This document shows, one piece after another, positions 27,511 to 41,783 of a DNA stretch of 64,000 bases (the first letter of the stretch is position 1; every line of letters starts with the position of its first letter). A program made the position numbers and the translations under genes. The stretch lies in contig CBFFRP010000150.1 of NCBI GenBank assembly GCA_965644295.1, positions 62,001-126,000 on the forward strand, read 5' to 3'. Source of the DNA: Paraphysomonas bandaiensis (Eukaryota; Protista; Chrysophyceae). The notes beneath the pieces were generated by a model that did no database searches, had not been told where the DNA came from, and saw only the letters and a program-made list of their open reading frames with translations.

Positions 27511-29845
27511 ATGAGAAAATCAACATCTGTAGATATGTTATTAACAGACTCTATGCGTGAAGCAGCACATGCAGCATCAATAGAAGATGGTTTAACAAAA
27601 TCAAATGATTATACTGATCATATATCAACAAAACAAACAATACGTAGAGGCAAATGGAGTCCAGAAGAAGAAGCATATGCTAATCGTTTAATTGAAGAGT
27701 TTAAATCAGGATTATTACCTATAGCTGATGGTGTAACATTACGAACATTTTTATCAAAAGTATTACATTGTGATCCTATGAGAATATCAAAGAAATTTGT
27801 AGGGAATAATTGTATTGGAAAGGTATGATATGACTTGTATGATATATAGATGTATGTATATATTGTCATAGATATGTATATATTATATAGATATATATGT
27901 ATATATGTTCTTTCGAATGATTGTAATAGAATGCGTATATAGCAAGTATATCGACAACGACACTGTGATATGAATCAAATTTCTGAAGAAGTATTGGAAA
28001 GAAATCGGCTAGAGCTGAGGGAGTTGGAGAGAATGTATCTAGAGCGTTCGAAGCAGGTCCCACGTTCGAAAGCTTCGAAATGTACGAAATTAATGATTAT
28101 TGGCTGAGTTATGTGTGATGTTCATTATTAGCAACGAAGGACAATTCCAAGACTGTAGCAAGTAAAAACGAGTTATCTGACCGCCCTGCTCAAAACAATC
28201 AACTTCATGCCCGTGACCCACTCAGCTATTGTTTCGGGATGCAAGAGATCCCTTCAAAGCAGGGGTACGGAAAAATGCCCCCACCATACTGTCCATCACC
28301 ACAGTGGTTGCCCCCTGATACTCTTCAGGATAATGCTTCTCATTGGAATGGTTCCTATGCACACATGCCCCCAAGACCTCACTTTGGACATCCATATGGG
28401 GGGGGCGTGAGAGCACAGTATGGACAGCCTCCTTCTGGTCCACCAAGTCACTTTGGCAATGATTATATGATTCACCTTCCCCAACCACACGACCTGCCAT
28501 GGATTAACCGATTGCATGATAATCAGCATCATCAAATGGCTGCAAGTGAGAATAGTGTGCGCGGTGTTAGGGGGGCGGAACCCTTCGCATCTTTTCCTAA
28601 ACCTCTCCACCAGCAAACCAGTAGAATGAATCGACAGTTTTACCCGCAAGAGCAACAATGCCAATCAAATGTGCCTCCAATGTATAATTCTATTAGTGGT
28701 GTAGGAGATATCAGTAAAGAGAAAAGGGATGAAGGGTCAAGGTCTGGCAGTGTTCCTCATGTCTTTCCGAGCTATAAGTCTCAACAGTCCTTTGGTCAGC
28801 TCACTGCCTCAGACATCGATCTCTTTGACATGACCCCCGATATGCTCAGATCATCATCATCATCATCTTTGGACATACTTGGAACTGTGGCAGAGTTGAC
28901 GCTCCCCTCGGGAAGAAGTATAGAGAGTCTGCGCGCATGTGGACAGGATACGGCTCTTAGTCCAATGTCATTCCGTGAATGGTGTAGGAATATGGAAAAG
29001 GAACAGTTCTCACAACCAAGTGGTGGAAGTTCTTTTGTAAGCGAGAATAATTCAACCCCGAATATTCAGTCGTCTGGATCTACTTCTGTCTTCAGTATCC
29101 CTTCAAGTGTTAATAGCGGACCAGATATCACTCAACTCCGTAAAGTTGCATCGGCTGCCAAGATGAAAAAAGAAAATGCTCAAGTCTACCAGTCTACAAT
29201 GAGTGAAAAAGGTAGGGTAAAGGAAGAGAAGGTGCCACCCGCTGGACTTCACTCATCACCGACCGTTGCAGAGTCACGGGCATCCTCCATTAACAGCTTC
29301 ATGTGAGTACATGATGCATGGTAGTAAAATGTATTTCGAAGTGCTTGTGTGTAGTGTATCCTGTACCATTTACAACTTGTGTGCATCTTCTGCTTCTAAT
29401 ATGAAAAAATAGGAGGCTTATGGATATGGGTTCTGTTCCACGACCTGATCCCAAGTCCCTCATATCAAGCACCGGCATTTATTCTGCCTCCAACCCTCCT
29501 TCCCAGGAGGTCAGTTGTCCAGAAACATCAAATTCTTTGTCCTCCAACAACGAAACATTTGAGACAAAGTTTAGAGAGCACAATTCTGTTGAAATAAGTC
29601 AGTATATCGGGAAGAAATCACCCGCAACACCTGCGGAAGCTGAGTCCTCAGTTTCCCCCTCACCTCCGCGGCGAAAGGTTGATGAAAGAATGGCCAGAAA
29701 GGAAGCACCAATGATGATGAATCTACTGAACAGTCATTGTTTGAATTCGCCCTCCGCCTGCGGTACCAAGAAACGAAAATTAGACGTACTAGAAAATGTT
29801 GAGGACGCTGCAGTCGCTGCTCCGAGGCCATTCACATGCATGTAA
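27511..29845 (+). CDS. Stramenopile-type Myb-like transcription factor
   Basis: IRRGKWSPEEEAYANRLIEEFKSGLLP...TLRTFLSKVLHCDPMRISKKF...CIGKQVY, followed by P/Q/S-rich low-complexity exons. Confidence 0.82.
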
Positions 29846-30214
29846 TTTTCGATATTAATACCGATTATGATGATATTTCGTGTATTCTTGCTATTACACT
29901 TTGATATTATAGCATGTAGTTTTTCCTGTACGTTATCATCAATATGGAAGATATATATAGATGATTAATTTTATGACTGTACTGGCATGTACGTAACTGC
30001 TATATGCTATATATAATTTTTTACGAGAGTCAGTTACGATTGATCAGAACATGCTTGCTTTTACTGCACTTCTGTTATTTGTAATCAAGCAAATTGGCCG
30101 ACGTGCAACAAATCAACTCAGCAAGCAGTAATGAATGATGTCGAAATTGGGAATAGCTCATAGTACGCTGAGATCAAATAGGCTTCAAGTAGTAGTAACT
30201 CCAATATAGTTATA

Positions 30215-31683
30215 TCCCCATTTTGTCTCTAAAAAAGCTTTTTTTTACTTGATTTTGTCTCAACAGGGCGCTCATATCAGTACCGGGCAAATATAGAAAT
30301 TCAACTTCAATATTCGGTTCAACAGAAGCCCACTTCTATCCTAAGTCCTAAGTATGATAATGACAATCGTATGTATGTGATTTCATTATAGTACACAATT
30401 ATAGAGAAACCACAATCATGAGCCAAATATCAAGAGCAGATCATCTAACTCCAAGTTATATTCCATCCTTGGACTGCTGTATAAGATCACAACGATGTCA
30501 GTGCAAGTGATCTGTCTTCATATCCAGGACTTCGAAACAACTTCAAGAACATTACAGGAGAATTTAAGTACCATATCTGATGCTATATAGGTGGTTAGGA
30601 GTAGTGGCACCCAGTTCTTTCAGGGTTTGAGCCATATCGTGCTTCTTAGGGTATTGTGTGTCTCATATCATACACACATCATTCGATCAGGTGCACTTGC
30701 AGAGGTAAAGCCTGCTGTATATAAATGTGATGATGATGCTAATTAAGGCAATAAGAAGCCTCTCTTTCACCTTCAACTGTTCACATTTATCATCACACTT
30801 ACAGTATACATATCATTGATTTGAAACTATATGAGTTCTCTTTTTTGTGTTCTTAATGTTAATCAGGGAACATCCATTTTTTAATACAGCAAGCATGCTA
30901 CAAATAGCTATATTATAATCTAATATTAACTTTTCAACGTAATGAGGATAAGCTGCAATTAAACCTAGGGATAAGGAGTCTAAATTTTAAAACTCGGGCT
31001 TTTCGCCCTCGTTTCAGAATTTTGAGCGTCGGACGATATAGTTATATTTAACCACGGGCAATAAGGAGGCGATATCGTCCGGCGCTCGAAATTCTGAAAA
31101 GCCCGAGTTTTAAAGCTTAGAAAAGGGACGATACTCCTATACTCCTTATCCCTAACTTACACTCTCATCTCCATCTCGCCCTATTCACTCCTCACATAAC
31201 CCATGGCATAGGCCCGCCAGACACATTGCCCAAAGGTAGACTCCCCGATCCCCGACTAACCTCACTACAAGGGACGGTTGCACCATGGTGCTCGCAGCAA
31301 TGCACAAGCAGTCCCGAGTTCCGAGACGGCTGCCCGCCACTAGTAGTATATAGCAAGTCCAGTTATTAGTTAGTCTATAGATGTAAAACTAGTTTCTGTA
31401 CACGACCGTTCTCATGTAATAATCAGACATTCTTATATATACCTATATACTATATACTCCTTATCCCTAGGTTAACTCGTAGCTTATCCTCATGTTGTTG
31501 AAAACTTAATATTAGATTGTACAGCTATTAGTAGCTTGCTTGCTGTAATAAGAAAGACTTGGTTTTCTGATTAGCATTAAGAAAACTGAATGGTATGTAT
31601 ACTGGCTGTCTGGGTCTATATTGCTTTGCCCGGTGCTGATATAAGCTCCCTGTTGAGTCCAAATCAGGTCAAAAAAACGGGGA
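30215..31683. mobile_element. Foldback/MITE-like palindromic element carrying later insertions
   Basis: Arms pair as 30254-30295 with 31615-31665, and 30850-31040 with 31071-31154 plus 31470-31585. Termini are TA|TCCCC...GGGGA|TA. Confidence 0.7.
31155..31452 (+). mobile_element. Retroelement 3' fragment (family B) flanked by a 17-bp target-site duplication
   Basis: TATACTCCTTATCCCTA occurs at 31138-31154 and 31453-31469. The insert carries the family A GNRA module and the AATAATCAGACATTC terminal motif. Confidence 0.75.
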
Positions 31684-31879
31684 TAATCCAATAATAATTG
31701 TCATGTAATGACAGAAGTGTTCAAAAGAAACGAGTCATGTGATGTATTGAAGAAACAAAACCCTAAATTATGTTTTGGGACATTGTGTAATAATATTAAT
31801 AATTATAATCCACATAAACAAACATGTATCATACACCGCCGCGATTTAGGGACAGCGAAAGACAGGATGTGTATCTAGA

Positions 31880-32777
<898 letters not shown>

Positions 32778-32856
32778 TTATTGTTATGAACTTAATAATT
32801 ATATGATAGAATGAGAATTGTTTTCATAGTAATATGCACAACCATCACAGGTTGAT

Positions 32857-32916
32857 ATACATACATACAACATACATACATACACATACATACATACATA
32901 CATACATACATACATA
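32857..32916. repeat. (CATA)n microsatellite in the PCNA / coiled-coil divergent promoter
   Basis: Imperfect CATA run read directly from the sequence. Confidence 0.9.
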
Positions 32917-33376
32917 CTCTCTATATATTCAGTTTAAATATTTAAATTCAGTTTTTGAAAAGATTACAAAATTGTTGAAATAATGAAAAAAAGTATCTTG
33001 AATAGACAAGTTGAAAGGTTTCAGTCATGTGAACTGGGAATACAATAACTGTATTAGGGGGTGGAAGTGACCGTTTATTATATCCAGAATTTTAGATTTA
33101 TGGGATGAAAAAACCTAGTTTTCCTATGAAAGTATAATGCACTACGAATCTATGGAATATTAGAGAAAGTGCTATGTATAATATCCACGATTTTTATATT
33201 TCAGGATTAAAACCCTAAATTTTTAATACATATCTGTATAGGAAAGAAAAGTGTATCTCTTAAGATGTTTCTATATATGTATGTATGTATGTATGATGTT
33301 GTTATAGAAATGAATGTAAACCATCTTAATCATATTATCATGAACCATAATATATAGTCATAGTATACAATATATA

Positions 33377-36300
33377 ATGAATAAAGAAGAATCATATTCT
33401 AATGAACTTCAAATAACAAAACATGATATTAAAGTATTAAAATCATATGCTAAAAAGACAACAATACAAAATAAATTATTAATACATACCTTAAATTCAA
33501 TACTTACATTAATATTACCACATAAACATATTAATCTTGATAATCTTGATGATAGTTCAGTTGCTGATATTCTCACATGTATAGAAATATATATAACAGA
33601 TTTAATATCAACAGAAACATTACATCAAAAATGTCAAGAGATGATATATACATTACAACAAGAGAACTCTACTCTTAAAGAGACATTACAAACTTCTAAT
33701 GGAAATAATAAAAAATTAGAAGAACTTGAGAGAGAGTTGGCATCTGTGAATGCTGTTATTGCTTCGAAAGATAGTGCTGATAGCGAGAAGCAGCGTCGCA
33801 TAGAAGAGCTTGAGAGTGAGTTGGCATCTGTGAATGCTGTTGTTGCATCGAAAGATAGTGCTGATAGCGAGAAGCAGCGTCGCATAGAAGAGCTTGAGAG
33901 TGAGTTGGCATCTGTGAATGCTGTTGTTGCATCGAATGATAGTGCTGATAGCGAGAAGCAGCGTCGCATAGAAGAGCTTGAGAGTGAGTTGGCATCTGTG
34001 AATGCTGTTGTTGCATCGAAAGATAGTGCTGATAGCGAGAAGCAGCGTCGCATAGAAGAGCTTGAGAGTGAGTTGGCATCTGTGAATGCTGTTGTTGCAT
34101 CAAAAGATAGTGCTGATAGCGATAAGCAGCGTCGCATAGAAGAGCTTGAGAGTGAGTTAGCATCTGTGAATGCTGCTGTTGCCAGTGCTGATAGCGAGAA
34201 GCAGCGTCGCATAGAAGAGCTTGAGAGTGAGTTGGTATCTGTGAATGCTGTTGTTGCATCGAAAGATAGTGCTGATAGCGAGAAGCAGCGTCGCATAGAA
34301 GAGCTTGAGAGTGAGTTGGCATCTGTGAATGCTGTTATTGCTTCGAAAGATAGTGCTGATAGCGAGAAGCAGCGTCGCATAGAAGAGCTTGAGAGTGAGT
34401 TGGTATCTGTGAATGCTGTTGTTGCATCGAAAGATAGTGCTGATAGCGAGAAGCAGCGTCGCATAGAAGAGCTTGAGAGTGAGTTAGCATCTGTGAATGC
34501 TGTTGTTGCATCGAAAGATAGTGCTGATAGCGATAAGCAGCGTCGCATAGAAGAGCTTGAGAGTGAGCTGGCATCTGTGAATGCTGTTGTTGCATCGAAA
34601 GATAGTGCTGATAGCGAGAAGCAGCGTCGCATAGAAGAGCTTGAGAGTGAGTTGGCATCTGTGAATGCTGTTATTGCTTCGAAAGATAGTGCTGATAGCG
34701 AGAAGCAGCGTCGCATAGAAGAGCTTGAGAGTGAGTTAGCATCTGTGAATGCTGTTGTTGCATCGAAAGATAGTGCTGATAGCGAGAAGCAGCGTCGCAT
34801 AGAAGAGCTTGAGAGTGAGTTGGCATCTGTGAATGCTGTTGTTGCATCGAAAGATAGTGCTGATAGCGAGAAGCAGCGTCGCATAGAAGAGCTTGAGAGT
34901 GAGTTGGCATCTGTGAATGCTGTTATTGCTTCGAAAGATAGTGCTGATAGCGAGAAGCAGCGTCGCATAGAAGAGCTTGAGAGTGAGTTAGCATCTGTGA
35001 ATGCTGTTGTTGCATCGAAAGATAGTGCTGATAGCGAGAAGCAGCGTCGCATAGAAGAGCTTGAGAGTGAGTTGGCATCTGTGAATGCTGTTGTTGCATC
35101 GAAAGATAGTGCTGATAGCGAGAAGCAGCGTCGCATAGAAGAGCTTGAGAGTGAGTTAGCATCTGTGAATGCTGCTGTTGCCAGTGCTGATAGCGAGAAG
35201 CAGCGTCGCATAGAAGAGCTTGAGAGTGAGTTGGCATCTGTGAATGCTGTTGTTGCATCGAAAGATAGTGCTGATAGCGAGAAGCAGCGTCGCATAGAAG
35301 AGCTTGAGAGTGAGTTAGCATCTGTGAATGCTGTTGTTGCATCGAAAGATAGTGCTGATAGCGAGAAGCAGCGTCGCATAGAAGAGCTTGAGAGTGAGTT
35401 GGCATCTGTGAATGCTGTTGTTGCATCAAAAGATAGTGCTGATAGCGATAAGCAGCGTCGCATAGAAGAGCTTGAGAGTGAGTTAGCATCTGTGAATGCT
35501 GCTGTTGCCAGTGCTGATAGCGAGAAGCAGCGTCGCATAGAAGAGCTTGAGAGTGAGTTGGTATCTGTGAATGCTGTTGTTGCATCGAAAGATAGTGCTG
35601 ATAGCGAGAAGCAGCGTCGCATAGAAGAGCTTGAGAGTGAGTTGGCATCTGTGAATGCTGTTATTGCTTCGAAAGATAGTGCTGATAGCGAGAAGCAGCG
35701 TCGCATAGAAGAGCTTGAGAGTGAGTTGGTATCTGTGAATGCTGTTGTTGCATCGAAAGATAGTGCTGATAGCGAGAAGCAGCGTCGCATAGAAGAGCTT
35801 GAGAGTGAGTTAGCATCTGTGAATGCTGTTGTTGCATCGAAAGATAGTGCTGATAGCGATAAGCAGCGTCGCATAGAAGAGCTTGAGAGTGAGTTGGCAT
35901 CTGTGAATGCTGTTATTGCTTCGAAAGATAGTGCTGATAGCGAGAAGCAGCGTCGCATAGAAGAGCTTGAGAGTGAGTTGGCATCTGTGAATGCTGTTAT
36001 TGCTTCGAAAGATAGTGCTGATAGCGAGAAGCAGCGTCGCATAGAAGAGCTTGAGAGTGAGTTAGCATCTGTGAATGCTGTTGTTGCATCGAAAGATAGT
36101 GCTGATAGCGAGAAGCAGCGTCGCATAGAAGAGCTTGAGAGTGAGTTGGTATCTGTGAATGCTGTTATTGCTTCGAAAGATAGTGCTGATAGCGAGAAGC
36201 AGCGTCGCATAGAAGAGCTTGAGAGTGAGTTAGCATCTGTGAATGCTGTTGTTGCATCGAAAGATAGTGCTGATAGCGAGAAGCAGCGTCGCATAGAAGA

Positions 36301-39300
36301 GCTTGAGAGTGAGTTGGCATCTGTGAATGCTGTTGTTGCATCGAAAGATAGTGCTGATAGCGAGAAGCAGCGTCGCATAGAAGAGCTTGAGAGTGAGTTG
36401 GCATCTGTGAATGCTGTTGTTGCATCGAAAGATAGTGCTGATAGCGAGAAGCAGCGTCGCATAGAAGAGCTTGAGAGTGAGTTAGCATCTGTGAATGCTG
36501 CTGTTGCCAGTGCTGATAGCGAGAAGCAGCGTCGCATAGAAGAGCTTGAGAGTGAGTTGGCATCTGTGAATGCTGTTGTTGCATCGAAAGATAGTGCTGA
36601 TAGCGATAAGCAGCGTCGCATAGAAGAGCTTGAGAGTGAGTTGGCATCTGTGAATGCTGTTGTTGCATCGAAAGATAGTGCTGATAGCGATAAGCAGCGT
36701 CGCATAGAAGAGCTTGAGAGTGAGTTAGCATCTGTGAATGCTGCTGTTGCCAGTGCTGATAGCGAGAAGCAGCGTCGCATAGAAGAGCTTGAGAGTGAGT
36801 TGGCATCTGTGAATGCTGTTGTTGCATCGAAAGATAGTGCTGATAGCGAGAAGCAGCGTCGCACAGAAGAGCTTGAGAGTGAGTTGGCATCTGTGAATGC
36901 TGTTGTTGCATCGAAAGATAGTGCTGATAGCGATAAACAGTGTGGTATAGAAGAGCTTGAGAGTGAGTTGGCATCTGTGAATGCTGTTGTTGCATCGAAA
37001 GATAGTGCTGATAGCGAGAAGCAGCGTCGCATAGAAGAGCTTGAGAGTGAGTTGGCATCTGTGAATGCTGTTGTTGCATCGAAAGATAGTGCTGATAGCG
37101 AGAAGCAGCGTCGCATAGAAGAGCTTGAGAGTGAGCTGGCATCTGTGAATGCTGCTGTTGCCAGTGCTGATAGCGAGAAGCAGCGTCGCATAGAAGAGCT
37201 TGAGAGTGAGTTGGCATCTGTGAATGCTGTTGTTGCATCGAAAGATAGTGCTGATAGCGATAAGCAGCGTCGCATAGAAGAGCTTGAGAGTGAGTTGGCA
37301 TCTGTGAATGCTGTTGTTGCATCGAAAGATAGTGCTGATAGCGATAAGCAGCGTCGCATAGAAGAGCTTGAGAGTGAGTTAGCATCTGTGAATGCTGCTG
37401 TTGCCAGTGCTGATAGCGAGAAGCAGCGTCGCATAGAAGAGCTTGAGAGTGAGTTGGCATCTGTGAATGCTGTTGTTGCATCGAAAGATAGTGCTGATAG
37501 CGAGAAGCAGCGTCGCACAGAAGAGCTTGAGAGTGAGCTGGCATCTGTGAATGCTGTTGTTGCATCGAAAGATAGTGCTGATAGCGATAAACAGTGTGGT
37601 ATAGAAGAGCTTGAGAGTGAGTTGGCATCTGTGAATGCTGTTGTTGCATCGAAAGATAGTGCTGATAGCGAGAAGCAGCGTCGCATAGAAGAGCTTGAGA
37701 GTGAGTTGGCATCTGTGAATGCTGTTGTTGCATCGAAAGATAGTGCTGATAGCGAGAAGCAGCGTCGCATAGAAGAGCTTGAGAGTGAGCTGGCATCTGT
37801 GAATGCTGTTGTTGCATCAAAAGATAGTGCTGATAGCGAGAAGCAGCGTCGCATAGAAGAGCTTGAGAGTGAGTTGGCATCTGTGAATGCTGTTGTTGCA
37901 TCGAAAGATAGTGCTGATAGCGAGAAGCAGCGTCGCATAGAAGAGCTTGAGAGTGAGTTGGCATCTGTGAATGCTGTTGTTGCATCGAAAGATAGTGCTG
38001 ATAGCGAGAAGCAGCGTCGCATAGAAGAGCTTGAGAGTGAGCTGGCATCTGTGAATGCTGCTGTTGCCAGTGCTGATAGCGAGAAGCAGCGTCGCATAGA
38101 AGAGCTTGAGAGTGAGTTGGCATCTGTGAATGCTGTTGTTGCATCGAAAGATAGTGCTGATAGCGATAAGCAGCGTCGCATAGAAGAGCTTGAGAGTGAG
38201 TTGGCATCTGTGAATGCTGTTGTTGCATCGAAAGATAGTGCTGATAGCGATAAGCAGCGTCGCATAGAAGAGCTTGAGAGTGAGTTAGCATCTGTGAATG
38301 CTGCTGTTGCCAGTGCTGATAGCGAGAAGCAGCGTCGCATAGAAGAGCTTGAGAGTGAGTTGGCATCTGTGAATGCTGTTGTTGCATCGAAAGATAGTGC
38401 TGATAGCGAGAAGCAGCGTCGCACAGAAGAGCTTGAGAGTGAGCTGGCATCTGTGAATGCTGTTGTTGCATCGAAAGATAGTGCTGATAGCGATAAACAG
38501 TGTGGTATAGAAGAGCTTGAGAGTGAGTTGGCATCTGTGAATGCTGTTGTTGCATCGAAAGATAGTGCTGATAGCGAGAAGCAGCGTCGCATAGAAGAGC
38601 TTGAGAGTGAGTTGGCATCTGTGAATGCTGTTGTTGCATCGAAAGATAGTGCTGATAGCGAGAAGCAGCGTCGCATAGAAGAGCTTGAGAGTGAGCTGGC
38701 ATCTGTGAATGCTGTTGTTGCATCAAAAGATAGTGCTGATAGCGAGAAGCAGCGTCGCATAGAAGAGCTTGAGAGTGAGTTGGCATCTGTGAATGCTGTT
38801 GTTGCATCGAAAGATAGTGCTGATAGCGAGAAGCAGCGTCGCATAGAAGAGCTTGAGAGTGAGCTGGCATCTGTGAATGCTGTTGTTGCATCGAAAGATA
38901 GTGCTGATAGCGAGAAGCAGCGTCGCATAGAAGAGCTTGAGAGTGAGCTGGCATCTGTGAATGCTGTTGTTGCATCGAAAGATAGTGCTGATAGCGAGAA
39001 GCAGCGTCGCACAGAAGAGCTTGAGAGTGAGCTGGCATCTGTGAATGCTGTTGTTGCATCGAAAGATAGTGCTGATAGCGATAAACAGTGTGGTATAGAA
39101 GAGCTTGAGAGTGAGTTGGCGTTATTGACTGAAACACTTGCGTCAAAAGTGAGTGCTGATAGTGAGAAGCGATGTCGCATAGAAGATCTTGAGAGAGAAT
39201 TGGCCATGTTGACTGAAACACTTGCGTCTAGAGAAAAAGCTGATGAGGAAAAGCGACGTTATATGGATGAACTAGAGAGCGAATTAGCGTCTGTGAGTGC

Positions 39301-40947
39301 AACAATTGCATTGAATGATAGCGCTGATAGCGAAATTCAGTGTTATGTTGATGAACTTGAGAGTGAATTGGCATCTGAGAATGCCGTTGCTGTGTCGAAG
39401 GATAGTCCTCATGTTGATGAGCTGGAAAGTGATTTGGTATCAGGGAACGTGCCTAATGTGCCAATGGGTAATTCCGAAAGCGCTAGTATATGTCATGTGG
39501 CAGAGTTTGAGGCTGAGATGCCGCTAGGGAATTTAGTGGTAACATCCAGTGATCGTGTTGATGATGAGAATCCTTGTCTTATGACTGAAGTTGGGAGTGA
39601 TAAATCATTAGATTCAGTGAAAGCCGTCTATCAAAAGATGGGACCTGTCGAAACAAGTGGTGGCGAGCAGGGGGTGGAGAGTTTACAGGCTGAAGGGAAA
39701 CAATTTACTAAGCTATCAGAAGAGACGGAAGCAGACCATGTGTCAGTAGCCAGTGATACCAGTGTATGTACCTCGATAATGAGTAGTGATGAGGTGGGTA
39801 TGGTGTGAGTATAGTTGTACTACACTTTCTCAGAGTAGCTTAAACTTATTCGTTTTTACATTTTTCGCACGTAACGTATCAAATATATGTAGAGTTGGGT
39901 GGAGTATCGTGAAAGGCACGCCCTCCCTCCGTATGGTTTATTCTCTCCAGTCGTAGACCATCTTATGCAGAGCTGGACCTCAGATGCCGACAAGGTAGAT
40001 TTTTGCAGTATATTTGGTGACTCAGATCCTTTTTATGTGACCATTGTGGACAGATGAAATATCTGTTGTCATGGATTGAATGCCTCTCTTCCCCTCTCCC
40101 GGAAAAGTTCCCTATGGGGCTAAGACTTTCACAGTTGACTCCAGTGATCCGGTACGTAAGAGAAGAGCGATATCTTTTGATCGATGTTTACTCCTCTGCA
40201 GGGACGGGTTTTTGATGCTGCTCCTTCCAATTATTCGTGACATGTCAATACGACCTGTGATAGTTTATTGTCGAGTGAGCCCTCATCCAATGGACAAGCC
40301 GGCACCTACCGAGGAATTGTTCGACATCCGCGTCAAGCTGATTCGATGCCGTGCTGATGCCGTGCCCAAGACGCAGAAGCATATTAAAAACCCAGCATCT
40401 TGTGTTGCCATGTCTTCTCCTGCACTTTCAGTTGAACAAAATCGGATAGCTGTAGACAATGTCGCGCCAGTCAAGACTACAGGTAATGTTTCTTGTCCAG
40501 AAAAAGATTCAAGTGCAGAGATGAAACCTGAATCGTTAGCTTCGTCGGAGACGGAAGGGAAGGCTGGTGTGGGTAGAAATGATCCTCCAGTTGCCTCGGG
40601 ATCTGCGCTTTCCTTCGGGGCTTTCTTCCGCCCCTTTTACCCGACGAGGCCCTCGCAGGATAATTTACCTCAGCCAGTCGAGAGTTTGGTATGTCATGTG
40701 CTTGCTGTTCCTATTGTTGCTTCCGTGTGTTCGAGTTAGTGCTTAATGCCATGAATATCTTTCACAGGAGGAGGTACAGACAGAGCCAAATGAAAGAGTT
40801 GGATGTGATGTGACACAGTCTCCTCCAGAAAATGAGAAGGATGTGTCGGTGAAATCACCGGGACAACTTAGTAGTTCAGGAAATGCTCGACCTGCTGTAG
40901 ATAGAATTAGCGCACGGCTTGCAAGTCTTAGAAATTCTAAAACATAG
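33377..40947 (+). CDS. Giant coiled-coil tandem-repeat protein with a spliced globular C-terminal domain
   Basis: 2143-aa first-exon ORF. Downstream exons read WVEYRERHALPPYGLFSPVVDHLMQSWTSDADKMKYLLSWIECL...IRDGFLMLLLPIIR and end at RLASLRNSKT*. Confidence 0.8.
33718..39125 (+). repeat. Coding minisatellite: 84-bp unit (with 75-bp variants), roughly 65 copies
   Basis: The unit encodes IEELESELASVNAVVASKDSADSEKQRR. Copies are near-identical. Confidence 0.98.
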
Positions 40948-41170
40948 GAAGTATTTGTACATATGCATCAGTTTGGAGACTAGAAGTTCAGGTATGGCAG
41001 TGCAAGGAATTACAACTGTAGTGATGGTGGGAACTAATAAGTCATAACGGTTATATATTTTCACTGTATCAAGTTACTATATATAAAATATAGTGATTGT
41101 AATATTTTCGACCTACGGATTATTCAGAAGTGATTCCGTGTCTAACTGCTTCACAATTAGATTGAAAATG

Positions 41171-41578
41171 TCAGTAGTGAATGTATGATTATTAGCAAAA
41201 TAAGAGTGTAAGAGTTAGAACTAATGCAGCCAAACAATTTAGCTAACTAGCAATTCATTAACTCTGATATCCTACTATCTAGCGCTACGAAAGTTGCTTG
41301 TGCGTCACCGCAAGCCGCACCAAGGTGCAACCACTTTCGCTCTATCACTCAAAGGAAACACAGTAATCAAACAGAATGTTGATATACCTGACATCTCATG
41401 ACTTCAGGATTTTTGAGTCCTCAAGGTGAATAGCCCTGGTGCTTGACTTCAGCAAGCAGCCCAATACCCATGATGCACTTAAGGTTGGCCATTCCACATT
41501 ATCTACTGACTACGTATGCGGCTCACGTTAGTTTCCCCCAGAACACCACGAAGGGTGCGAGTCCGACTTTATTGAGGG
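41171..41578 (-). mobile_element. Family A copy 2 (minus strand, internal deletions)
   Basis: The reverse complement starts CCCTCAATAAAGTCGGACTCGCACC and ends CATTCACTAC. Flanks AGATTGAAAATGT / AGAATAAAATGT resemble a decayed TSD. Confidence 0.85.
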
Positions 41579-41783
41579 AGAATAAAATGTTTACGTTTTC
41601 TTTCTGAAACTTCCACAAAATATAAGAACCCACATAGAGACAAAATCTAGCATAACTGCGTATAATATATTTTACCTAAATAATTTTGCCTAACCAGTTA
41701 CTGCCTGTCTCGTATTATCATGCACTTTTCATTTCTATAATTCGATAAATCTACCATCTGATCTAAACCATGCTGACATTTTT

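Noticed and set aside
33210-33219. Telo-box-like AAACCCTAAA in the PCNA divergent promoter
   Set aside because: A single short match in AT-rich DNA, and the same word occurs downstream of PCNA near 31758.
33718-39125. CRISPR-like periodicity
   Set aside because: No unique spacers and no cas genes. It is an in-frame coding repeat in a eukaryotic gene.
33634-39221. Antisense ORFs of 1857 and 1018 aa across the array
   Set aside because: A stop-free 84-bp unit automatically yields long ORFs. They have no independent gene context.
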